The notes below the pieces were generated by a model, which had not been told where the DNA came from, did no database searches, and worked only from the letters and a program-made list of their open reading frames with translations. From a virus (taxonomy: Duplodnaviria; Caudoviricetes), in IMG/VR virus record IMGVR_UViG_3300020450_001133: 64,000 nt of DNA. One strand, 5' to 3'. The stretch's first letter is position 1, and each line of letters starts with the position of its first letter. The position numbers were made by a program, and so were the translations under genes. This document shows, in pieces, positions 1-8,107 of this stretch.

Positions 1-70
1 TCACATATTCATGATTTCTGTTTTCAGCATACTCAATTGCACATTCTATTACGTTGTCTACTCCATTCAT
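1..70 (-). CDS. 5' end of a probable ClpA/ClpB-family AAA+ chaperone (runs off window edge)
   Basis: Hand translation from ATG at 70: MNGVDNVIECAIEYAENRNHEYV, resembling the Clp N-domain start (A..RHEY/FvT). Only 23 codons visible. Follows dnaJ. Confidence 0.5.
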   Translation of the reverse strand, partial: MNGVDNVIECAIEYAENRNHEYV

Positions 71-78
71 ACTAATAT

Positions 79-891
79 TTACTCTTTGCTGTTTTTAATA
101 TCTTCTATTCTTGAAATCTGTTCTTCTGTTAGGTTTGGACTTACAACTTCCACTACAACAATAAGGTTTCCTGCCCTACCATTATTAGGATTTGGCATAC
201 CTTTTCCTTGTAATTTTAGTTGTGATCCAGGGTTTGTTCTTTTAGGCACTTTTATATCTAGTTGCTTATTATCCAATTGAGTAACTCTTACTTCAGTGCC
301 AGTCATTGCTTCTAAATAATCTATCTGTACTCTACAATATAAGTCATCGCCTCGTCTATCCCATTCAGGTGGATTGTGTATAAAACATCTAACAATTAAA
401 TTTCCTGGTGGTAATCCTTGATGTTCTGTTGGACCTTTACCAGGCATATTAAATTTAGTACCATGTCTGGTTCCTGCAGGTATAGTAATTTTAAATGTAC
501 CATATCCTGTGTTTATCATTTTTTCTACACCATGATAAACTTCATGTAATTCTAAATGTAAGTCTACTACTCCGTCAGGGTTCCTTGTTGGCTGTCTTTG
601 TTGCTGTCTAAATCCACCCCCAAATATTTCTTGGAATACATCTCCAAAGTCTCCTCTGAAGTTAAAGCCGCCTTGACTAAATGGGTCGCCGCCTTGGAAT
701 GGATTTGGATTATCGTATTGCTGACGTTTTGCAGGATCGCTAAGAGTTTCGTATGCTTGTTGTATTTTCTTAAATTCATTTTCATCTCCACCTTTATCTG
801 GATGATGTTTACCCGCAAGTTTACGATAGGCTTTTTTAATTTCCTTGTCGTCTGCTTGAGGTGATACACCTAATGTTTGATAATGATCCAT
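79..891 (-). CDS. dnaJ: DnaJ class B (CbpA-like) co-chaperone
   Basis: J-domain with HPD (KHHPDKGG), G/F-rich linker, C-terminal substrate domain, no CxxCxGxG zinc finger. Confidence 0.95.
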   Translation of the reverse strand: MDHYQTLGVSPQADDKEIKKAYRKLAGKHHPDKGGDENEFKKIQQAYETLSDPAKRQQYDNPNPFQGGDPFSQGGFNFRGDFGDVFQEIFGGGFRQQQRQPTRNPDGVVDLHLELHEVYHGVEKMINTGYGTFKITIPAGTRHGTKFNMPGKGPTEHQGLPPGNLIVRCFIHNPPEWDRRGDDLYCRVQIDYLEAMTGTEVRVTQLDNKQLDIKVPKRTNPGSQLKLQGKGMPNPNNGRAGNLIVVVEVVSPNLTEEQISRIEDIKNSKE

Positions 892-897
892 GACTTA

Positions 898-926
898 ATT
901 ATACACTTTATAAAAATGAAAGTCAA
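898..926 (-). promoter_or_regulatory. sigma70-type promoter, leaderless, for dnaJ
   Basis: TTGACT-17nt-TATAAT; -10 box lies 6 nt from the ATG at 891; no SD. Confidence 0.85.
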
Positions 927-934
927 GGACAAAG

Positions 935-1165
935 TTAGGAGAGATTTTCTACTAAATCTATTATATCTTGGATAGTTTGTATGCTATCGATTTCATCATC
1001 TGTTGTTTCAATGTCAAACTCTTTTTCAAGTTCTAAAACAACTTGAACACTATCCAAACTGTCAAAGTTTAAATCGTCGAATACATGTGCTTCAGGAACA
1101 ATTTTATCCTTGTCAATTCTAAGTTCTTCTGATATAATTTTTGTAATACGTTCTACGGTGGTCAT
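935..1165 (-). CDS. acpP: Acyl carrier protein
   Basis: 76 aa acidic; DLNFDSLDSVQVVLELEKEFDI with the phosphopantetheine Ser motif DSL. Confidence 0.93.
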   Translation of the reverse strand: MTTVERITKIISEELRIDKDKIVPEAHVFDDLNFDSLDSVQVVLELEKEFDIETTDDEIDSIQTIQDIIDLVENLS

Positions 1166-1167
1166 AA

Positions 1168-1905
1168 TTAATCTTTTGTATTGCCTATACTAGGTATAAG
1201 CGATTTTAAACTAAAACCTGAGTTTTCCTCTACTTCAGGTTCAACAGAAGCCTGTTCGTTATCTGCTTTTGCTTCTTCTACTTGTTGTTCTTGTCTTTCT
1301 TTGTTCTCTTCTAACCAACCATCAGGTCCTTTGGGTGCAGTTGCTTCTCTATAATAGTAAATTATATCTTTTTGTTGGTTAATGTATCTTTTTATTTCTT
1401 GCAAGTTAGCAGACATTTTTTCATATCCTACAGGAGTAACTGCAAATATTACAAAGTCACCATCTAACATTAATTCTACTTCTGCTATTTTTTGTTGCAA
1501 GTTACCACATACTTGTATTACACCATTGCCATCTTCTAACTGTGGTAATTCAATTCTATTGCCTTCAGCATCACGTTTTACTTTACGTCTTGTTTCTTGC
1601 TTTTCTTCATCAAAGTATTCTTCATATTCAAATCTTTCTGTAGTGTAATACCATTTGCCTTCTGATAATGTCTTTTTACCTGTTGCAGGTTTGCATGGAG
1701 TGTTGGTAATTACTTTCCATTCTACATCATTAAGTTGAATCTCAGGTGGTAAAGGTGGAGCATAAATCTCTACTTCAACAGTTTCCGTAATTACTTTGAC
1801 TGGAGGTAATGGTTGATATCCTCCTCTAGACGCACATGCAGTCATTAGAACTGTAAGTGCAATAATTGAAAATGTCTTAAATGTTCTGTTTCTTAAAATA
1901 TCCAT
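1168..1905 (-). CDS. Lipoprotein, o-spanin-like, with a large internal insertion
   Basis: Lipobox LMTAC, Pro-rich start, C-terminal GYEKMSANLQEIKRYINQQKDIIYYY as in T4-like o-spanins; downstream of i-spanin-like gene. Confidence 0.65.
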   Translation of the reverse strand: MDILRNRTFKTFSIIALTVLMTACASRGGYQPLPPVKVITETVEVEIYAPPLPPEIQLNDVEWKVITNTPCKPATGKKTLSEGKWYYTTERFEYEEYFDEEKQETRRKVKRDAEGNRIELPQLEDGNGVIQVCGNLQQKIAEVELMLDGDFVIFAVTPVGYEKMSANLQEIKRYINQQKDIIYYYREATAPKGPDGWLEENKERQEQQVEEAKADNEQASVEPEVEENSGFSLKSLIPSIGNTKD

Positions 1906-2045
1906 ATCAATAATAGTGTCAGGACTACTCCTTTAAAAAAAGAAATCCAATATGCTGTGTATTCATCGATGTTTAATTTGTACATCCAATTATCTATTTG
2001 AGTGTTATGCCAATCTCTTAACTTTTCTAATTGTTCACTAATCAT
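1893..2045 (-). CDS. Small membrane protein, 50 aa (not in ORF track)
   Basis: MISEQLEKLRDWHNTQIDNWMYKLNIDEYTAYWISFFKGVVLTLLLIWIF; fills the gap with overlaps to both neighbours. Confidence 0.7.
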   Translation of the reverse strand: MISEQLEKLRDWHNTQIDNWMYKLNIDEYTAYWISFFKGVVLTLLLIWIF

Positions 2046-2475
2046 CTTTTCTCTCAACCTCATCTAAGTTTGCTACTTCTTTACTGTCTTGTTCAACTGC
2101 ATCAAATACTTCCTTTGTTGCATTGTTGGCCCTATCTTCAATCATACCAGGTCTTAACCTAGATAATTTTGTGAAGTTATGGTCTTTAAAAATTTGTTGT
2201 GCGTCTTTGGCTTGTCTTTCCCATTCATTAGACTTAACTGTTAAATCACTAATCTGTTCTATTTGTCTACTTGCAGTTTCTTCTAAACTCTTAATAGTTT
2301 TCTCATTAATCTCAGCCGCACTTTGTAATGCCACATTTTGTTGGTTTAATACATCTATTTGTCTTTGCTGTTGTTCTACAGTTTTGTTTAGGTTGCCAAC
2401 AATAAAACTATGGGCACCCCAGGCAAACAGTAATGCTATTCCTACAAATGGTAATGAACGTATAAAACTTAACAT
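2038..2475 (-). CDS. i-spanin (Rz-like)
   Basis: N-terminal TM helix followed by long coiled coil, ending RPGMIEDRANNATKEVFD. Confidence 0.7.
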   Translation of the reverse strand: MLSFIRSLPFVGIALLFAWGAHSFIVGNLNKTVEQQQRQIDVLNQQNVALQSAAEINEKTIKSLEETASRQIEQISDLTVKSNEWERQAKDAQQIFKDHNFTKLSRLRPGMIEDRANNATKEVFDAVEQDSKEVANLDEVERKDD

Positions 2476-3227
2476 GGCCTTGCTATTAACACTTGGTCAG
2501 TAGCAGGATTATGAAATACTATATGTTTGTTGATTGGTATGATGTTTAAATTACCTCTCATGCTCTCTAAAGTTTTCACTAATGACTTATCCCAATCGAA
2601 GTCTAATGCCGCTTCGGATATGCCTGCTTCTTCTAGTGTTACCTTTCCTTCTCCAAATTTTACAAATTCTAACTGTACGTTATACTTATAGTCCTTTAAA
2701 GTTAGAATGTCATTTTCTAGAACCGCACTTTGGATTATTGCATTGTCTTTTAAGAAGTTTACAATGCTTTCTTCCTTTTTGCTTTTCTTATCTGCTTCAA
2801 ATTCTTCTTTAGTCATATACTTGTCAGGATCTGTGATAACATATTCATCTAACAATGGATCTGATATATCAAAAGAATCATCTGACAAGAGAGGTTTTAC
2901 TTTCCAATTCATTCTGCCTGATGTGTTTTCTATATCTAAAACATACTCTTTTAACTTATCCAATAATCCTTCTTCTCTGTCTACTTCTACAAACACCATA
3001 TAAAGATTGTCCTCATTTGGATTAGGTGTTACTTCAACATCTCTGAAATTGAAATGACTTTTTTGTAAAAAGTTTTTAAGGTCTGCTCCAACTTTTTCTT
3101 CAGTAACGTAAAAACCTATTACAGATATTTCTTCTTTCTTACCTGTTTTAGGTTCATACTCATCTATACTAATGTTAGATGAAATTACTTCTTCTAAGTC
3201 ACCGTGCCTAATATTTTCATTTATCAT
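2469..3227 (-). CDS. Hypothetical phage protein
   Basis: 252 aa ORF coupled to its neighbours. Confidence 0.75.
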   Translation of the reverse strand: MINENIRHGDLEEVISSNISIDEYEPKTGKKEEISVIGFYVTEEKVGADLKNFLQKSHFNFRDVEVTPNPNEDNLYMVFVEVDREEGLLDKLKEYVLDIENTSGRMNWKVKPLLSDDSFDISDPLLDEYVITDPDKYMTKEEFEADKKSKKEESIVNFLKDNAIIQSAVLENDILTLKDYKYNVQLEFVKFGEGKVTLEEAGISEAALDFDWDKSLVKTLESMRGNLNIIPINKHIVFHNPATDQVLIARPC

Positions 3228-3781
3228 ATTATAGGTGCTCCTGGATCTACTGGTGGTGCTAAAGGATCAGCCTGTGGTTGTTGGTCTAATGATTGGTCTT
3301 TTGCACTTTGGATATCTTCCATATCAATGTAGGCATCTTCTGCCGCTTCAACTTGCTCTGTGCTAAACTCATCTACAAATCTTCTTGGCATTTTGATTTC
3401 TACAATCCATACAGGCAATCTTTCTGTTTTAGCAACACGTCTTGGAAGTGTTCCTCTTACTTTGATTTCTGTATCTTCTATGCCTTCAATCTTTTTTGAT
3501 TTAACTAAATCGTCTTTGTACATTTTAACTTTACAGTCATTTTCTCTAAGACGTCTAATTGCATATGGATCAGGCATATCTTCTTGTGGATACATTAACG
3601 CAACTTCAATAAAATACCTGCCTAATTTAGGGCCAGCAACTATTTCTCCTTTGTTCCAGTTCTTGTAAGCATAAACATCAAAACTGTCTATAACACCTTC
3701 GAACTCTAACAACATGTCTAAAAGAGTATTTGTTTGTGATATCTTCTTTACGTTGTCGTTTATAATCTTTAATGTTTGCAT
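3224..3781 (-). CDS. Hypothetical phage protein
   Basis: 185 aa; SD-like AAGGA and TAAATA late promoter (3803-3808) upstream. Confidence 0.75.
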   Translation of the reverse strand: MQTLKIINDNVKKISQTNTLLDMLLEFEGVIDSFDVYAYKNWNKGEIVAGPKLGRYFIEVALMYPQEDMPDPYAIRRLRENDCKVKMYKDDLVKSKKIEGIEDTEIKVRGTLPRRVAKTERLPVWIVEIKMPRRFVDEFSTEQVEAAEDAYIDMEDIQSAKDQSLDQQPQADPLAPPVDPGAPII

Positions 3782-3972
3782 ATTAATATCCTTCGTTACT
3801 GTTATTTATCACTTTTAAATAAGATGTGTTAATAATTAAAAACCGAAACTAAATAATATTGTAATATGAAAATACTACACATACAAAACAAATCATTCTT
3901 TTCCCCCTATAGTCGTAACTTAGGTGAGCATATCGCTCAGGGGAATCACTATGGCAGAGACAGGAGCATAAC

Positions 3973-4716
3973 ATGTCTAGAAAAAAACGCAAAGAACGAG
4001 AATTTAAAACAAGATTTAAGGAGAGTCAATATTTGAAAATATTACAAGGTGGTCAAGTCGAGACAATAAAACGGCAAACCCAGGTTCGCATAGTTCCCAG
4101 AAACTTTAAGCAAGACGAACTACTAGGTCTATTAACAGACCAAACAAAGCATATAGTGTTTACAACAGGCCCTGCAGGCACAGGTAAAACAATGATAAGC
4201 ACCTTACATGCAATAAAACAATTCAAAGAACGTAGAGTAGATAAAATAGTCATTACGAGACCAGCAGTAAGTGTAGATGAACAACACGGTTTCTTGCCAG
4301 GTACATTACAAGAAAAGATGGCACCATGGACTAGACCCATATTTGATATTATGGAAGAGTTTTATCACCCTAAAGAAATAGAATATCTTTTAGAAAATAA
4401 CAAACTAGAAATAGCACCATTGGCATATATGAGAGGTAGAACATTTAAAAATGCTGTTGTGTTAGCAGATGAAATGCAAAATGCAACACCAGAACAAATG
4501 AAAATGTTATTAACAAGAATAGGAGATAACAGCCAACTTATAGTAAATGGTGACTTAAACCAACACGATAGAGGTTACGAAGCCAACGGACTTAAAAACT
4601 TCTTGGATAAATTAAATGATACAGAGTCAACAATGATTGCACATGTAGAATTTGATAAAAGGCATGTTGAAAGACATCCGGCTGTAAGTGAAGTACTTAA
4701 GATTTATCAAACATAA
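3973..4716 (+). CDS. phoH: PhoH-family ATPase
   Basis: GPAGTGKT Walker A, RPAV, GFLPG, RGRTF, DEMQN, GDLNQHD motifs; SD CAGGAG. Confidence 0.96.
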   Translation: MSRKKRKEREFKTRFKESQYLKILQGGQVETIKRQTQVRIVPRNFKQDELLGLLTDQTKHIVFTTGPAGTGKTMISTLHAIKQFKERRVDKIVITRPAVSVDEQHGFLPGTLQEKMAPWTRPIFDIMEEFYHPKEIEYLLENNKLEIAPLAYMRGRTFKNAVVLADEMQNATPEQMKMLLTRIGDNSQLIVNGDLNQHDRGYEANGLKNFLDKLNDTESTMIAHVEFDKRHVERHPAVSEVLKIYQT

Positions 4717-4918
4717 TAGATAATTGTCTTAACACTTCTTCGCATAATGGGCCGAACTGGCAGTCTTCAATATCATGAAGTTCTCTCATTCGGTCCACTG
4801 CACTTTGAACTGCTCTTAATGGATCTGGTCTTCCTTGTTCCAAATGTTTAAATACAAAACCATTCTCTTTGAACTCTGGCTCTGATAATATCTGTTCTGC
4901 TAAATTCCCTATATCCAT
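4697..4918 (-). CDS. Hypothetical protein
   Basis: 73 aa ORF convergent with phoH. Confidence 0.6.
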   Translation of the reverse strand: MDIGNLAEQILSEPEFKENGFVFKHLEQGRPDPLRAVQSAVDRMRELHDIEDCQFGPLCEEVLRQLSIMFDKS

Positions 4919-5039
4919 AAATCCTTATCTTTTTTTGACTCTTAGTAAAACAAGTATTTAACTTCTAAACGTTGTTTACCTTTGGCAAAACTGGTTAAAT
5001 AATATTGATTCAGGAATGAATCACAAGGGAGAATATTAT

Positions 5040-5285
5040 ATGGATATAATTAAAAAAATAGGTGATTGGGCCTATAGTTTAACACAAACAGGAATATCTA
5101 TATTAGCACTAGGCATTGTTCTAGAAGTCTTATTTAACGGAGTTGGAATTCCATTCTGGCCCGAAATAAGTGTTGTAGACAATGTTATGGGTATCTTAAA
5201 AGGACTATCAGCAGAAGGATTGCTTGGTCTAGTAGGTGCTTTTGTGCTATATCACATTTTCAATAGACCTATGCCTAAAAAGTAA
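5040..5285 (+). CDS. Small two-TM membrane protein (start moved to ATG 5040)
   Basis: SD AGGGAG before ATG 5040; TAAATA at 4996-5001; two hydrophobic helices. Confidence 0.75.
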   Translation: MDIIKKIGDWAYSLTQTGISILALGIVLEVLFNGVGIPFWPEISVVDNVMGILKGLSAEGLLGLVGAFVLYHIFNRPMPKK

Positions 5286-5303
5286 GGTTAATTGGGATTG
5301 CTA

Positions 5304-5332
5304 AGTAGCCGGCTCATGTCGGCTACTTTTTT
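5304..5332 (+). terminator. Rho-independent terminator
   Basis: AGTAGCCGGC-TCAT-GTCGGCTACT followed by a T tract. Confidence 0.85.
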
Positions 5333-5344
5333 GACTGAATCTTC

Positions 5345-5352
5345 TATAAATA
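5345..5352 (+). promoter_or_regulatory. T4-like late promoter TATAAATA
   Basis: Exact TATAAATA 8 nt before ATG 5361, just after a terminator. Confidence 0.75.
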
Positions 5353-5360
5353 CTATTCTA

Positions 5361-6692
5361 ATGACAACAAGCATTCATAGACCTAAATGGCAATTAAACA
5401 ACGATCCTGCATGTCAGTTCAAATGGACATGGAGTACTTTATTCTTAAATTTTGGTACAACATCAAGTTGCCATAGATGTAAGCATTGGAAACTTACAGT
5501 AGAAAACTTTATGGACTTTCATAACTTACCTGGTAAGATTGGTGATAGAGAAAAAATGGTTAAAGGGCAATGGCCCGGTAATGGTTGTGAATATTGTAAG
5601 GTTGTAGAAGATGCAGGTGGTATAAGTGAACGTATAGGTTATATCAACGACTTAGAAATGGTACCACCAGAAAATGAAATTGACCCAACAGAAACACATG
5701 TTACTCCAAGACTATTAGAAGTTTATTTTAGTAACTTATGTAATATGAGTTGTACCTATTGTAGTGCAAAATTTAGTAGTGTTATCCAACATGAGAATCA
5801 AAAGTTTGGAGAGTTTACTAAAAATGGCTTAGAAATATATGAATGGCCCGATAATCCAGAATACGAAGTAATGAGGGATATGTTTTGGGATTGGATGGAC
5901 TTACATGGACAAGAATTGTTTACATTACATGTTTTAGGTGGTGAGCCTTTATTCCAACCAGAGTTTGAAATGTTTTTAGATTGGTTTGATAAAAATCCAT
6001 GTCCTAATTTAGAATGGGTTATATTCAGTAACCTTAAACACAATACAATAAGATTAGTTAGCCAAGTTGAAAGAATAAAAGAACTTATAGCAAAAGGTAA
6101 ACTAAAAGGATTTCAAGTTAATGTAAGCATAGACAACTTTGGCAAAGAAGCCGAGTATGCCAGACATGGAATTATTTGGGACCAATTTGTAGATAACTTT
6201 ACATTCTTAGCACAAGAAAAATGGATTGGTATGCAAGTACAAAGTACAATATGTCCTATTACAGTTCAAAGTATGTGGCAACTGTATGACTTTATATTGA
6301 ACTTTGAAGACCCTAGAATAAATTTAAGTTGGAACACAATACAAGATCCTAAATGGTTTAATCCAAGTAGATTTGGAACATACTGTTTAGATGGTATAGA
6401 TAAATTGATAGAAAGGTTAAACCAATCTCCTTTCTCACAGCATCATAACATACCATATCTATTAGGAATAAGAAATCAAATTAGTAAAGCAAGATGTGAC
6501 TCATATGAAATGATAAGATTTAAAACACATTTAGACGAACTAGATGTAAGAAGAGGCTTGAAGTGGAGACAACTCTATCCTGACTTATCTGAACACATTG
6601 AAAAAAATATCACAACTGATGATATTATATTCCAAGAATTAAAAATTATGGGTGCTCCGACTGGAGACCAAGAAGTTAAGAACGCAACTTAA
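5361..6692 (+). CDS. Radical SAM protein with N-terminal Twitch-like Cys cluster (start moved to ATG 5361)
   Basis: CNMSCTYC (CxxxCxxC), GGEP motif, N-terminal CQFKW...SSCHRC and CEYC. The track start lies upstream of a terminator. Confidence 0.88.
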   Translation: MTTSIHRPKWQLNNDPACQFKWTWSTLFLNFGTTSSCHRCKHWKLTVENFMDFHNLPGKIGDREKMVKGQWPGNGCEYCKVVEDAGGISERIGYINDLEMVPPENEIDPTETHVTPRLLEVYFSNLCNMSCTYCSAKFSSVIQHENQKFGEFTKNGLEIYEWPDNPEYEVMRDMFWDWMDLHGQELFTLHVLGGEPLFQPEFEMFLDWFDKNPCPNLEWVIFSNLKHNTIRLVSQVERIKELIAKGKLKGFQVNVSIDNFGKEAEYARHGIIWDQFVDNFTFLAQEKWIGMQVQSTICPITVQSMWQLYDFILNFEDPRINLSWNTIQDPKWFNPSRFGTYCLDGIDKLIERLNQSPFSQHHNIPYLLGIRNQISKARCDSYEMIRFKTHLDELDVRRGLKWRQLYPDLSEHIEKNITTDDIIFQELKIMGAPTGDQEVKNAT

Positions 6693-7615
6693 CTAACACT
6701 ATTCATTTCAAGTTCAACAAGTGTAGCCGCTAAGTTTATCTCAGGATCTGCTACTGCAACACTCTTTGCAATACCATTTCTTATAATAACGATTGCTTGG
6801 TCTTGTTGTAGTTCTGTTTTACCCCATAACTCTAAGTTACGATACATGAACTTGTAAACTTCTTCATACTCTTCAGGTCTTGCTTGATTAACAATCATTG
6901 TTCTTGCGTCTTTGTACTTACCTGCTTTGAATAATTCTACTGCACTCAACATCCAATCACTTGTATTACCATCACCATCTTGTGGCTTTTGTAAAACATT
7001 ATCTACTACGTTTTGTTGTGTAAGATTAATTGCTTTACGCAAGTCTGGATATGTTGCTTGTACATAAGTGTCTAGTGTTTCTAAATCTACTTCAACACCT
7101 TCTTCAATACATATTGTTGCAATACGAGCCGTGAACTCTGTTATGTCTAGTTTCTCTATGTGGAATCCTTGACATCTGCTATGTAATGCAGGAATAATTC
7201 TTTGTGGGTAGTTGCAAGTTAGTATGAATCTACAACTGGTATGATACATCTCCATAACACCACGAAGTGCCGCCTGTCCATTAGGAGTAATGTAATCAGC
7301 CTCATCAAGCAACACATACTTCATATCACCAAAAGGCATTGTGCCACTAAAGTTTGTTATTTTGCTTCGGATAGTTTCAACACTATTTTCATTACTTGCA
7401 TTTATTTCAAGTATGTCCATACTGTCTACATCAAGTTCTAGTAACAATACCTTTGCAAGTGTTGTTTTACCAGTTCCAGGAGCACCACTAAATAGCAAGT
7501 GTGGTAGTGCTCCTTCTTGTACCCAGCCACTCACCTGCTGGCGTTGACCGTCATCTCTAAACACATAGGTACCTATGTTCGACGGTCTATATTTCTCTAC
7601 CCATAAATCCTTCAT
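6689..7615 (-). CDS. Clamp loader small subunit (RFC / T4 gp44-like)
   Basis: WVEKYRP, GAPGTGKT, LLDEAD, SRC motifs. Confidence 0.95.
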   Translation of the reverse strand: MKDLWVEKYRPSNIGTYVFRDDGQRQQVSGWVQEGALPHLLFSGAPGTGKTTLAKVLLLELDVDSMDILEINASNENSVETIRSKITNFSGTMPFGDMKYVLLDEADYITPNGQAALRGVMEMYHTSCRFILTCNYPQRIIPALHSRCQGFHIEKLDITEFTARIATICIEEGVEVDLETLDTYVQATYPDLRKAINLTQQNVVDNVLQKPQDGDGNTSDWMLSAVELFKAGKYKDARTMIVNQARPEEYEEVYKFMYRNLELWGKTELQQDQAIVIIRNGIAKSVAVADPEINLAATLVELEMNSVS

Positions 7616-7770
7616 ACACTAATTCCTATTAACCACATTGATATTCCCATGGCTAACAACATAATAACCTGTACGCCTGACATCACAGTAATCATTTTCA
7701 TTGGGTGTACTTTATCTATAGACCCTAATTGTTCAGCCTGTGTGTCTTTTATTTTGGAATATTCACTCAT
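7612..7770 (-). CDS. Small membrane protein, 52 aa (not in ORF track)
   Basis: MSEYSKIKDTQAEQLGSIDKVHPMKMITVMSGVQVIMLLAMGISMWLIGISV; TGA overlaps the RFC ATG. Confidence 0.7.
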   Translation of the reverse strand: MSEYSKIKDTQAEQLGSIDKVHPMKMITVMSGVQVIMLLAMGISMWLIGISV

Positions 7771-7774
7771 ACAA

Positions 7775-8005
7775 TTATCCTTTAGGCAAAATAGTTATCG
7801 CTTCAACATCATCGTAACCACCATTAATGGTAAACTTCCTTGTAACAGTAGTACGTTTCATGCCTGCTGATACATTTTCGTATGTTACGAACTCTTGTTG
7901 AACTAATCCTTCTCTTGGTTGTTCAAAAATCATATCATTTTTATAGTCTGATACAACCCTTGCACCTTTAGTGAATGTTGCTTTTGTTGTAAATTCTTTG
8001 CTCAT
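7775..8005 (-). CDS. Hypothetical protein
   Basis: 76 aa; SD GGAG; downstream of a consensus promoter. Confidence 0.7.
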   Translation of the reverse strand: MSKEFTTKATFTKGARVVSDYKNDMIFEQPREGLVQQEFVTYENVSAGMKRTTVTRKFTINGGYDDVEAITILPKG

Positions 8006-8032
8006 TTATTGTCTCCATTTGTAACTGCTCTT

Positions 8033-8061
8033 ATTATAGTACATCATAGAACCAATGTCAA
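8033..8061 (-). promoter_or_regulatory. sigma70 promoter
   Basis: TTGACA-17nt-TATAAT, perfect consensus. Confidence 0.9.
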
Positions 8062-8107
8062 GTACTATTTTGATAAATAGTTTGTATAAGATCCGTAGGA
8101 GCATTAG

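Noticed and set aside
3866-4036. 56-codon ORF overlapping the phoH leader and start
   Set aside because: No SD, unremarkable composition, and it overlaps a well-supported gene out of frame.
5292-5360. Track start for the radical SAM gene
   Set aside because: It spans a terminator and a late promoter; ATG 5361 is more plausible.
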